Below are positions 1 to 11,479 of a DNA stretch of 64,000 nt, in pieces. The stretch lies in the NCBI RefSeq assembly GCF_009914755.1, contig NC_060934.1; one strand, 5' to 3'. Every line of letters begins with the position of its first letter. Within the stretch, counting starts at the first letter, position 1. The translations under genes were made by a program, and so were the position numbers. Origin of the DNA: the human T2T-CHM13v2.0 reference genome, Homo sapiens. Below the pieces are notes generated by a model. That model was not told the origin of the DNA and searched no databases. It saw nothing but the letters and a program-made list of their open reading frames with translations.

Positions 1-2648
1 ATGGACGAAGCAGGTTCCAGGCATGGCAGGGACCCCACTTGTGCCACAGCACCAGCTGTGGCCTCTGCGGATCCCCCAAACAGCCCTCCTCCTGACCCAT
101 CTTGCACGCAGTCCCTGGTGACTCCCTAGAAGTTTGGGAGGGACCCCAGGGGCTGGAGCTGCTGCGATTCCGGGGTCGGCCTCTACCTCGCTGTCAGCCG
201 TGGAGTGGGTGGCTCAGTTTGCCTTGTTACAGCTGCCTCTTCCTTCTGAGAAATGGAAGATGGTATTTGTAGGAATGCGTTTGTGTGACCGGCTCTAATC
301 CTCGCAAACATTCCTCACAGGGACTGTTCAGCTTCCCGCACGGAATCTGCGGGGTCGGAGGAAGTCATTCCAGGACTGAGAAAGTGAAGCCTCGTGGTGT
401 GGAGGCACTGACGCATGGCTCTGTCTAGGAGTCACTGTTGGTACCCCCGGCAGGTCTCAACTGGCGTTGGGCTGGGGACTGTGTCAGCGGGGCCTCCGAG
501 AGCCTCCTGCTCCCCCTGGGACGTGAATGGGAGATGGTCCAAAATGCAGCTTCTCTTTAATTTGTGTTTGTGTCAATCTTACTATGTACAATTTTTACAA
601 GTCCAGTGGTCACATGCAATATGTAATGACAAGAATTCACCTTCGTATTTCTAGACGATGTACTGCTGCTGCTGCTTGATCCTTAAGTTTTCAATTTAGA
701 CGTTAGTTAAGGGCTTTTTCTATGGAAGATGAAGAGGCTGAGATCTCTCCTGTTCACTGCCACACATCCACATCCACTCTCACACACACACCCACTCACA
801 CTCACACACATCCACTCACACACACACCCGCTCACACATTCACATCCACTCTCACACACATATCCACTCACACTCACACACATCCACACACACCCCCACA
901 CACACATATCCACTCACACACATCCACTCACTGTCACACACATCACTCACACTCATTTACTCACACACATCCACTCACACTCATTTACACACGCACACAT
1001 GCACTCTCACACTCACATCCACTCACACACGCACTCTCACATTCACTCAAACACACCCACTCACACACATCCACTCACATCCACTCACATCCAGACATCC
1101 ACTGTCACACACACGCACTCTCACACACATGCACACAAACACACATACACACACACATCCACTCACACACACCCACTCACATTTACTCACACATATCCAA
1201 TCACACATCCACTCACACACACACCCACTCACACACACACACATGCACTCACACACTCACACACACATATCCACACACACATGCACTCTCACACACATCC
1301 ACTCACACACACATCCACTCACACACATCCACACACACACAATGTTTGGCTAACTCAAGACTTGGTGTTTATGTTAATGATTTTAGCCCATCCATGTAGA
1401 GGATTATAGATGTTGCCGGCCCTTTCTTCTCTGTAGCATTGATCCCGGCTTGGTGCTTGGTCTTCAAATTGTTTACAGTGTTGTCACTCAGGAATGCCCA
1501 GCGTGAGGAGAAAGAATCCCCTCTTACATTCATGCTCACACACACATCCACCCTCACACTCTCACACGGCACACGCCTGCAGGTGCCCTCCAGGCCTCCC
1601 CGCGTGCCGCTGGGCTTCCTCACGGCATGGTGGTCTCAGGGCGGTTGCAGTTTCTCCCATGGCAGCCCAGGGCTTCCACGAGGGCAGCACTGGAAGTGGC
1701 AGTGGCCTCTCCGCGGGGCCGGGACAGGGGCAGGTCCCTCCAGTGACTTCTCGGCGGGGCTGCGACAGGGGCAGGTCCCTCCTGCCCTGCTGTGGTCAGG
1801 CAGGGCCCATGGGGCGCCTTTGTCCTGACAGGAGGAGTGGCGGGGCTGGCGTGGCCCCGTGCACCCTCGGCTCTGCAGGCTCCGCTGCCTTCCCCGTCCC
1901 TGTGCTCTCCACCCACCGGCTGGTGGAGAACTGGGGCTGACAGTGTCTGTCTCTCTGTTTGTTGGATTTAGGGGGCTGCTCTCTTCAGGGCCCAGGGTTG
2001 GCCCTGGGTTGCGGGGCTGACGGGATCGTCTGTCCCCGCCAGGTCTTTTTGCCTGAGGTGGCCATCCGGGGCCTGCGTGGGCTCAGGTGGGGGGTGATGG
2101 AAGCAGGGCTGACACCTGGGGCTCCGCACAGATCTGGGAAAGGGTTTTCCCCTCAGGGTCTAGCCCTCCCTTCCCACCCTGGGATCCCCATGCGTGGGGC
2201 TGTGTCCTGGTGGAGGGGGCTTGGGGCTCCTCCCCAGGCTCGGGTCTCCACGGGGCCGTCAGTGCGAGGCGAGGGTCCCCGGAGTCATGTATGGGGGTCC
2301 TTCCACACCATGAGCCCGGCACAGGCATGGTCGTCAGCCCCCACCAAGAGGCCACAAGGCTCCAGGCCCGCTGGCTTCTCCGTGGCCCTGCGTGTAGGGC
2401 CTGTGGACTGCGGGACTTCAGGGCTGTGGTCTGAGCCCCCAAGCATGGAAGACCCTGCACTCTCTCCCAGCACAGCCGGGCTGTGGGCCCTGAGGGAAGG
2501 AGGGCCGGCAGGAGCTGGGGGGCGGTGGAGGTCCCGGGTGAGCCTCAGGCCCTCCGGGGCACCCTGACCTGCTGCTCAGACCTTGAGGGGCTGGTCCCCC
2601 ATACTCGACCCTGAGTTAAATCTCTGCCCCTTTTTGCTTTCCCCCAAG
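1..2648 (+). other. PWWP2B: 3' part of the last intron of PWWP2B
   Basis: Non-coding sequence ending in a pyrimidine tract plus AG (tctctgcccctttttgctttcccccaAG, AG at 2647-2648). Gene assignment rests on the exon that follows and on the neighbouring C10orf91. Confidence 0.75.
761..1340. repeat. Degenerate CA-rich simple repeat (CACACATCCACTCACAC-like units)
   Basis: Directly visible; source of the spurious His/Thr-rich ORFs. Confidence 0.95.
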
Positions 2649-2662
2649 GTCACCGACGATGA
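2649..2662 (+). CDS. PWWP2B: Last coding bases of the short PWWP2B isoform: (G)GT CAC CGA CGA TGA = G-H-R-R-stop
   Basis: Directly after the acceptor the phase-1 frame reads GHRR*, matching my recollection of the truncated, PWWP-less isoform C-terminus (...VWGHRR). The upstream exon is outside the window. Confidence 0.65.
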
Positions 2663-3424
2663 GGGCGCACCTGCTGTCCTGGAGCTTCCGATCTCTGTTC
2701 GGGGACCCTGTGAGCCTTCTGGCCGGCTGCGTGCAGAGCCCACTGGGCACGGTGGTCGGCCTGGTGTGAGGCCCCCCGGGGACCGGCAGTGTGTCCAGGG
2801 AGGGGATGGCCCTGAGCCCAGCGGCTCCTCCCGCTGAGTGTATTTCTTCCCACCACTCAGCGCATGGCTGCCCTGGCTCACGAGGCAGTCGGGACTCGTG
2901 ACTTGCTGGCTGCTGGCTGCTGCTGCCTCGCGCGCTGGGGTTCCATGGAGGAACTGGGCCTGCCGCCCCGGCCTCACCTGCTGCCCGCATGCTGGGGTCC
3001 CATGGAGGAACCAGGCCTGGCGCCCCGGCCTCGCCCAGCGGCTGGTGTGGGCAGCTGTTCCCTGCCTCGCAGTGTCCTGGAGGCAGCTGTCTCGCAGACT
3101 CAGCTTGGTCTCCCGCAGGCTTCAGAAAAACCCAATTGCACGTGTGGGATTCTTCCCCAGCCCTTGGGTGCGGGGTCTCTGTGCACTTGAGAGCTGGGGG
3201 ACCCACCCACCGTCTCCCACTCCAAGTTCATCCCAGAGCGTGGGGCCCGCTGGGCACCTGGCACCTGGCCTGCAGATGCTGCTACGAGTGACCAGTGCTG
3301 TGTGGAGGAGGCCAAGGGCGGCCCCTGGGAAACCGGGCTTCAACAGTACAAGGAAAAGAAACTTGCTCTGTTTTGTAAGAGCGTGTTCCTTTTCCTCTTT
3401 TTTGTCACTTTAAAGACCAAAAAG

Positions 3425-3430
3425 AATAAA
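3425..3430 (+). terminator. Polyadenylation signal AATAAA of PWWP2B
   Basis: Canonical hexamer with U-rich upstream sequence and a U-rich downstream element (tctgctctttctttgttt). Confidence 0.75.
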
Positions 3431-4418
3431 GAAAGAAAAGAAAAAAATTAATCTGCTCTTTCTTTGTTTAAATGTTAAAAACAAAAAGAGAGAGAAACAT
3501 ATGTCATAGTTGAAGTTGTGACTTGTGCGGCCACAGTTCACACTCATGCGTGTGTCCCTGTCGGGGCTGACGGGGCCTGAGTCCCCTGGGCACTGCTGGG
3601 CGGGGCCCATGTCGTACGGGTTGGGGTGACGCCGCCACCGGCTGCATCTCGCTGCCTCCAGGTGGGGGGACGCTGGTCACCGCCCTGAGCCCCAGGAGGG
3701 CTGTGGGCTGAGTCCCCATCTCCAGGCCTCCCTGCTGGCTTTCCAGTGGACGCTGGGATTTCCTGGAGAGGCAGTGCTCTGCACGTGGGGAGCTTTGTTC
3801 TTTGTTTCCTGGAGTGACTCCTCTCATCCCTTGTTTCTTGATTTGCTCATTCAGAACCAAGGGAGATCTCAGAGATGACGATGGTGGCTTTGCTTGTTCC
3901 TGGTTTTGCTAGAACATTCTGTGCTCTAAAGGCATCGCTGCCCTCAGCAAGGATCGTCTGGCGGGGGAGGGGTCGGGGGAGGGCAGCAGCATACACCTGG
4001 AGAGTCCTCTCCAGGGCACATGAGGGAACAACCCTCATGGTTTCCTATGGTTCTGGACCTGACTTGCGAGGAGGGGCATGGTTTTCAAACTGGTTTGTAG
4101 CAGCAGAGCCCTTTTCTCCAACAAAATCACCCAGAATCACTTCCTCCCGGAGGGGCTGGGCTCATCCTCCTGAAGCCCTCCAGGCCCAAGAGTCCTGGGA
4201 AGCCTTTGAAAATCCAGGGAGGGGCTCGCATGAGCCCAGGAGAGCAGAGCCAGGACTTGAGAGGAATGAGAGCAGCTCCCCTTCCCCTCCTCCCTCCCCG
4301 GCCCTGCCCACGTGGGTGCAGCAGAGTCAGGGCCCTGGCCCTTGGGGCTGGGCATCTCATCCCTCTGAGCTCCGGTGCCCAGGGGCTGCCCCTGCCTGAT
4401 CTGCTGCTCGGGGTGACT

Positions 4419-4478
4419 CCCCCTGCCGCACACCCCACTTTGCACCCAGGACCTCCTACTGACTAGGGTTGGCTCCCC
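4419..4478. repeat. Left arm of 60-bp inverted repeat (partner 5937-5996)
   Basis: Reverse complement matches 5937-5996 at 57/60 positions. Confidence 0.92.
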
Positions 4479-5048
4479 TTTACGAAGGAAGGCCTTCGTA
4501 AAGCTTGGCACTGCTTCAAGAAATGTGTGTGTCCAATGGAAGGAGCAGGCCTCACCCCTGGGACAAAATATGCGTGCAGCCCTGGGCACATTCACTCCCA
4601 GCTGCCCAGCCTGCAACTAGAGCTCAGCCACTGCAGGTGACAGCAACGGGACCCGCCTTTGAGCCTGAGGCCAGGACTGACGCCACAGCCTGCAGCTCCT
4701 CCCCAAGCCCAGCCCCAGCCCTTGCCCTTCAATCCTGAGACCCTGAGATGCATGGGTGGGGCTTTCATCCGGTGAGGAGCGGAGGCCCAGGGAGGTGGGT
4801 TCCCCAGCTGCCAGTACCCACTGGTCAGGCTGGGCTGGACCAGGTCCTGAATCCCCGCCCTTCCACCCATGGGCTCCCCAGGAAGGCTAAACTGAGGGAA
4901 GAATTCCTGCTGGGAAAGCCCTGTTCTGGGACCAGGGTTTCGTCCCTCTATTAGAGGGGGTCAGGGGGACACCTGGGAGCGGAACACCTGAGGGAGGAGC
5001 ACCTGGCGGGGAGCCTTGGGGGAGGAGGCACCTGGGGGAGGAAGTCTG

Positions 5049-5935
5049 GAGGAGGGGGTCTCCTGGGGGAGGGGCCTGGAGGAGGGGTCTCCTGGGGGAG
5101 GGGCCTGGAGGAGGGGTCTCCTGGGGGGGGGCCTGGAGGAGGGGTCTCCTGGGGGAGGGGCCTGGAGGAGGGGTCTCCTGGGGGGGGGCCTGGAGGAGGG
5201 GTCTCCTGGGGGAGGGGCCTGGAGGAGGGGTCTCCTGGGGGGGGGCCTGGAGGAGGGGTCTCCTGGGGGAGGGGCCTGGAGGAGGGGTCTCCTGGGGGGG
5301 GGCCTGGAGGAGGGGTCTCCTGGGGGAGGGGCCTGGAGGAGGGGTCTCCTGGGGGAGGGGCCTGGAGGAGGGGTCTCCTGGGGGAGGGGCCTGGAGGAGG
5401 GGTCTCCTGGGGGAGGGGCCTGGAGGAGGGGTCTCCTGGGGGAGGGGCCTGGAGGAGGGGTCTCCTGGGGGAGGGGCCTGGAGGAGGGGTCTCCTGGGGG
5501 GGGGCCTGGAGGAGGGGTCTCCTGGGGGAGGGGCCTGGAGGAGGGGTCTCCTGGGGGAGGGGCCTGGAGGAGGGGTCTCCTGGGGGGGGGGCCTGGAGGA
5601 GGGGTCTCCTGGGGGGGGGCCTGGAGGAGGGGTCTCCTGGGGGAGGGGCCTGGAGGAGGGGTCTCCTGGGGGAGGGGCCTGGAGGAGGGGTCTCCTGGGG
5701 GGGGGCCTGGAGGAGGGGTCTCCTGGGGGAGGGGCCTGGAGGAGGGGTCTCCTGGGGGGGGGCCTGGAGGAGGGGTCTCCTGGGGGAGGGGCCTGGAGGA
5801 GGGGTCTCCTGGGGGGGGCCTGGAGGAGGGGTCTCCTGGGGGGGGGCCTGGAGGAGGGGTCTCCTGGGGGGGGGCCTGGAGGAGGGGTCTCCTGGGGGGG
5901 GGCCTGGAGGAGGGGTCTCCTGGGAGAGGGGCCCT
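5049..5935 (+). repeat. G-rich VNTR, 28-29-bp unit GGAGGAGGGGTCTCCTGGGGG(A)GGGGCCT, about 31 copies
   Basis: Directly visible near-perfect tandem array with two main unit variants. Confidence 0.97.
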
Positions 5936-5936
5936 T

Positions 5937-5996
5937 GGGGAGCCAACCCTAGTCAGTACGAGGTCCCGGGTGCAAAGTGGGTTGTGCGGCAGGGGG
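5937..5996. repeat. Right arm of 60-bp inverted repeat (partner 4419-4478)
   Basis: GGGGAGCCAACCCTAGTCAGTACGAGGTCCCGGGTGCAAAGTGGGTTGTGCGGCAGGGGG is the reverse complement of 4419-4478 with 3 mismatches. Confidence 0.92.
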
Positions 5997-8900
5997 CTTG
6001 GGGCCTCAGCGGGGCTGCCCGGAGCTGGTCCTGGGCCTCTCTTGCTCTGGGTCTCCCCTGCTCTGGGTCCAGCCTCCCAAGCACCCCACCTGGCAAGACT
6101 TCCTCGCTCAGAACAGAGCCAACCCTGGCTGTCTTCCCAGGGTTTGTCGTGGAGAGGGCTCTGGCCCTTTAGCCTTCCAAGGAGCTTTCGGGGTTGGGGT
6201 ACGTTTGTGACCCCAGTAGCCGCTGTGCTGGGGGCCCAGGGCAACTCCTCCGGGAGCAGGGAAGGCACTGCTGGCACCACCAGCCCCGCAGGGTCACCAG
6301 CATCCCGTCTCCACCAGGGCTGCTGCTGTCCCTCCTCTGCTGAGGCCAGCTGTTACCGTGTTCGACATGGACCAGGCCGTGTGGGAGGACACGGGGTGGC
6401 AGGTGCAGGGAGCACGGTCTGTTTTCTGTCACTCTCTGGTCCCAGCCTGAGCCCCAATCCCTACCTCTGAGGGTCACACTTCCAACCCACCCCAGACAGA
6501 GCTGGAAGCAGGGGCTGGCATGGGCGCTGGGGTAGACGCAGGGGTTGTCGTGGCCTGGCGTGGAAGAGCTGGGCTGGACGCAGTGGGTGGCGTGGCCTGG
6601 GGTGCTGCTCTCCAGCCTTCTTTCTCTTCTTCCTCTTCCTCTTGTTCTTCATCTTCCTCCTCTTGCTGCAGATCCTCCCCCAGGTGGCTCAATTTCTGCT
6701 GGTCCCATCTCCCGGAGGCCCTGCCCACAACCCCCTGCCCGCCATCTAGGGGGACCCTGGCGTGGTCCAGGAGAGGGAGTCAAGGCCTGTGTGGGGCTCC
6801 TGGGGCTGGAGTCCTGGTCTGCCTTCTGGGGACAGAGACTAGGTCGCCCTGGGCTCCAGCTCTGTGGCCTGGCTGTGTGGGCTGGGCCAGGGCCTCTGCG
6901 TCACCTCCTTGCCTGGGCTTCTCACAGTGCAAGCCCCGCAGCCTAGGCCCTGCTGGGTGGTGGTGGGATGGCTGGGGAGGGGCAAGAGCAGGTGAGGAGT
7001 CCTCACTGGGGGTGCATACTTTGCATTACAGCTGGGGAGGCTGAGACCTGGGGGGCCACAGCTGGTTCCTGGACTCCAAAGCCCAGGACCCTTCCAAATC
7101 CTGCCTGGACGGCACCGTGGCCAGGAGCCCAGCCAGCACTTCCCTTTTCTGCGAGGGTTTTCTGTTTCTTTGATTATAAAATAACCCCTGTTGGTGGGGG
7201 GAAAAAATTAGCAAAATAAAGAAAAGCAAAAAAAAAAAGAAAATTAGACTCTCCCGCAGTCTCACACCCTGTGGGCCTTTTGCGTATTTCTTCCCGGGTG
7301 AGTTTTCTGGGCATTAACAGATGTTTGCTCTGCAGACCTGGCCTTGTGTCACCCTGGAACTCTGTGCCCAGCTCACCCTTCCGTGGCTTCCTGTGGCCGG
7401 GGGCTCCCTCCCCTTCCTGCCCCAGGTCTGAGGTGCCAACGGCTGCCTGTGGCCAGGGGCATCTCCCCGTGGACACTGAGGGAGGAGCCGCGGCAGGGCT
7501 GGGCTCTCCCGCTGGGCTCCCTGCACCCTGCGGCCCCGGCCCCAGCCCCACCCCCAGCCATGGGAAGGGTGCACTCCGGAGAGGCCGACGCAGATGGGGC
7601 CCTGCCCCTGGCCTGAGCGTGGCCGTCATCTGCTCAGGAGGGTTAAGCTCCTTTGTGCCCCAAGGAGCTTCAAGCCGATCAATACCCGGCTGGAAGTAGG
7701 GGGCTGCAGCTGGGGGGGCCCCACCGCCCTGACCCCAGATGGACTTCCTGCTCCCTGCCCAGCTTCTCTGCGGGGGGAGGTCAGGTCAGTGGGCCTCCTG
7801 CTTGGCCTTTGGGGCCACCGCCCCTGGGCTCCAGCTGAGGCTGTCCCAGGGCCGGTCTCCCTTCCCGCCCCCACCCTACAGAGGCGGCCTCACCAGCCAG
7901 CCTCTGCCCCAGCAGAGTTATTTTTAGCCCCAGCCCCGCCTGCTGCTACCACGGGCCTTTTCTCCGCAGAGAGAGGCGGGTGAGGCCTGAGGGCCTCACC
8001 CAGGGCAGCCAGTTCCCCAACCACGAAGGGAGGCAGGAGAGCTTCCCTGTGCGGGCAGGCGTCGCTGACCCTCCAAGGGGCAGAGCAGTGGGGGCTTCCT
8101 TCCTTCCTGGGTGTGGCTGGGGGGAGGGGGCTGAAGGCCTGGAGCCGGAGGGGCTTGCCCTAGAGCCCCATAGCCAGGCAGGGGTCAGTGTCCACAGCTG
8201 GAGGGGCTGGAGAGGTGAGAGAGATGGTCCCAAGGGAGCTGGGAGGCCCAGGAGTGGGCCCAGTGCTCAACCCGCTGCCAGGCAGGGACAAGACCTGAGA
8301 GATGAGAGGGCGGCGGGGGTGACCCTCGGAGGGCAGAGGGCTCCAGGACGGAGAGATGAACGGGGCAGTGGGGTGACCCATGGAGACCCACAGAGAGCAG
8401 AGGGGCACCAGGATGGGGAGACGGAGGCCAGTGGGGGCTGAGGGGTCCCGGGGGAGGACTGTAAGGAGCCACATAGTGGCTGCGGTCGGCGTGGCTGGGA
8501 GACAGGGGTCCAGGAAGCCCACTGGAAGCTGCCGCCCCGGCTGTAGCTGCAGGGCTCTCTGTGGGAGCCGGGAGCTGGGTGCAGAGCTGCGTCGAGGCTG
8601 CCTGAGGCCTGGCAGCCCAGCAGGAGGGGACTTACCCCCACCCCCCCACGGAGGAGAAGGCTCTGGGGCCTGCTGGGTGCAGACGCAGCTGGGATCTGCT
8701 TTGGGGAAGAAAACCTAGGCAGGTCACCGAGGCTCTGCCCAAGCCAACGCCTGTCACCTGTCACCGAGGTGTGGGTGTCTGTCCTCCTCCCAGCCGTCCA
8801 TCCCCCTCCCTCCTGGCCCCGCTCCAGCCCGCAGCCCCCATGGGAGCCCGAGAGAGGACAGTCTCAGCAGGTGGCACAGACAGATGCGGACTCCTCACTG

Positions 8901-9370
8901 CAGGTCACAAGGCATGTTTTCAGAGACCAGCTGCGGTGAAGATCATCCAGCCCTTGGGCCCCTGATCCGTTTGGATACAGTTTCAAGCATGAATTTCTCC
9001 TTTGGTGGTTTGCTACAAAGAGAAGAGTTCTCATGATTTCTTTGGGGTGTTCATCCTATGATTTTGGGGTGAGGATTCGTGACAGAGACAAGCAACAGGA
9101 GTCCAGGAAGCCCTCGGGGGAGACGGGAAACAAGTCTTTTTGAAAAAACAGCTTTCTTTGAGACGTAGCTCACATATCATATGATCCCTCCCCTTCCAGT
9201 GGACACGTCCATGGCTTTCAGCGTGTTTATAGATGGGCAACATCCCCACGGGCCCTTTTAGAACATTCGCTTCACCTCAGAAAGAAACCCCACAGCTTTT
9301 AGCCATCACCCTCCTCCCCAGGCCTAAGCAGTCCCTCATCTGCTTCCGTCTCTGGGGACTTCCCTGTTCT

Positions 9371-9730
9371 GCGTTCTGTGTGACATGTGGTTGTGTGTGA
9401 TTTATGATTGTGTGTAACATGCGTTCCATTTCATCCATGTGACATGCGGTTGTGTGTGAGATATGATTGTGTGTAACATGCGTTCTGTATGATGTGCGGT
9501 TGTGTGTGAGATACAGTTGTGTGTAACACACATTCTGTATGACGTGCAGTTATGTGTAAGATACGGTGTGTAACACATGTTCCATGTGACATGTGGTTTG
9601 TGTGATTTATGATTGTAACATGCATTCCATGTGGTCCGTGTGACGTGGTTGTGTGTGATACACCATTGCATGTAACGTGTTCCGTGTGATGTGTGGTTGT
9701 GTGTGACACACCGTTGTGTGTAGCATGTGT
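9371..9730. repeat. Degenerate TG-rich minisatellite (GTGACATGTGGTTGTGTGTGA-like)
   Basis: Directly visible inside the L1 fragment. Confidence 0.85.
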
Positions 9731-9950
9731 TCTGGCAGGCGGTCGTGTGTGGCTTCCTTCGCCGAGCACAGTGCTTTCACGATGCCCCCGTGTTGGCGCG
9801 TGCCTGTGCCCCATTCCTTTCTATGCTGAATGATGCTCCCCATGTGGGTGAACATATGGTGTTTGTCCATCTGTCAGTCTGTGGACATGTGAGCTGTCTC
9901 TGCCTTTTGGCTGCTGTGCACAAAGCTGCTGTGAGCTTTCCTGCAGTCTC

Positions 9951-10058
9951 TGTGTGGCTGTGTGTGTGTGTGGCTGTGTGTGTGGCTGTGTGTGTGTGGC
10001 TGTGTGTGCGTGTGTGGCTGTGTGTGTGTGTGGCTGTGTGTGTGTGTGGGGCTGTGTG
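9951..10058. repeat. (GGCTGTGTGTGT)n simple repeat
   Basis: Directly visible. Confidence 0.9.
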
Positions 10059-11479
10059 TTTTTGCTTCTTTCAGGCTCACCCCTGGGGGTGGAGCCGCTG
10101 GGTCCTGTGGGTCATGATCATGTGCGTCATCTTCAGGAGGGTGCCAGGTTGTGCTCTGCAGTCCTAGGCAAGTGGAGGTGGTCCCGCTGCCAGCTTCGGC
10201 CTGAAGAGCAGGTGCTGAGTGAGGTGCTGAGCTTCCTGGTGTCCCTGCTGCACCCTGGTAGGCCAGCACCCCACCCACCAGAGCAGCTGTGGAGAGGACA
10301 GTGGGCATGGTGGGGACTCCAAATGGGACGCACACGGCCCCCAGGGGAGGCTCGGCTTGGGCACCCAGGCGGCCGGGGTATCTCTAACCAGTGGCTGCCC
10401 ATGGGGTGAGTAGGGCCCTGCTGCCCCATCAGAGCTTGTCCCACTGTGGCTGGCGAGGAGATCAGCAAGGGCTTGAGGCCCATTCTCGCAGCCTGTCCCC
10501 TGCCTGGGGTGGCCTGGCATTCAGTGGTGGGGTCCCGGAAGCCCCGGTGCCGAGGCAGGTGTGCTCTGGCAGGCTTGAGCTGGGCCACCCTGGAGGCACC
10601 ACTTGTCTTTGCGTTTCCCTCTCACCTGCTCCCTGGACAGGCCCTCTGCATTTGAGGGCCTGTTTGTGTCCCCAGGGCATCTCTGGATGGGCATGAGCAC
10701 ACAGGGACCCAGCACGTGGGTTCTGCACCATCCAGCACTGTCCATACAGGCCCTGGCATGTCCTCCTGGCCTGTAATTTTGTTCTGCATGGCTTGGTTTT
10801 TGCACGAAGGGGAGCACAGTATTCCTTTCTCATCCTCCAAAATGGATTGCAAATGTTCTGAGCTGTCACATTGGCGAGAACGAAGCCCCTGCTAATTGGC
10901 GCATTTTCCTGCAACCACTCCAGGCTGAGTTCTAGAGGAAGCCTCTGCCTTTCTGTCTCACGTTGCGCACTTTCTCCCTGAAATATTTAATGTGCTAAAT
11001 TCCAACTTCACACACATCAGCTCTAAAGCCGACTAATCATTTAGCTTGATTGTCGAACTGAATTTGGCTCTGAGATTTTAAAATAAGAAAAAAAACTGTC
11101 AAGCTCTACGTAAGGCAGACACTATGGCTGACTCTTCACAAGAAAATATCTTTCTTTCTTGAGGGATTTGTGGCAGAGTCCATCTTTATGGAGAGTAGAA
11201 ATCGTTTTACCCACCAGGGCAGCATATAAAATGTTAGGCAGATGTTAAATATTGATGTAGAAACTCAAAATACTTTGTCTCTTTCCAGAAATGAGCGTTT
11301 TGGTTTAATTACTCTGAATCTAATGACTGTGGAAAAAACACAACACGTGTGCGTTCCGAACGGAAAACATTTAGATTAAGGAAGAATTTCAGCTCCTCAA
11401 AACTGGGAAAGGAGCATACTGGGCCTGTCCTGCAGTGGGGCTGCTTGCTGATACTGACACGCATGTGCGACTGGGTGCC

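Larger units (their letters stand above)
2649..3450 (+). other. PWWP2B: Terminal exon / 3' UTR of PWWP2B
   Basis: Strong acceptor at 2648, AATAAA at 3425-3430, U-rich tract after ~3455. The 3' end is approximate. Confidence 0.75.
9155..10165 (-). mobile_element. Old L1 3' end (L1MB-like), interrupted by two tandem repeats
   Basis: Colinear similarity to the remembered antisense L1MB 3' end (ttgaga..cacatatcat, agaacatt..cacc..aaagaaacccc, ggcttccttc, ggacat.tg.gctgt, ttttggct). Confidence 0.75.

Noticed and set aside
707-1409. Long His/Thr-rich ORFs (also at 11.3-12.4, 13.6-14.9, 16.5-17.1, 21-22, 25.7-27.5 and 28.2-28.6 kb)
   Set aside because: Translations of simple repeats, open in several frames on both strands, with no splice or domain support.
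2583-2837. 84-aa ORF crossing the PWWP2B acceptor (VTDDEGAP...)
   Set aside because: Non-ATG start inside the intron; the frame matching the remembered isoform is GHRR-stop.
4951-6470. 331-484-aa Pro/Gly-rich collagen- or extensin-like ORFs (also 30169-31113 and 35031-36047)
   Set aside because: Produced by stop-free VNTR units with frame-shifting lengths; not genes.
7214-7219. AATAAA followed by an A-rich run
   Set aside because: No upstream exon; A-rich context makes chance occurrence or internal priming likely.
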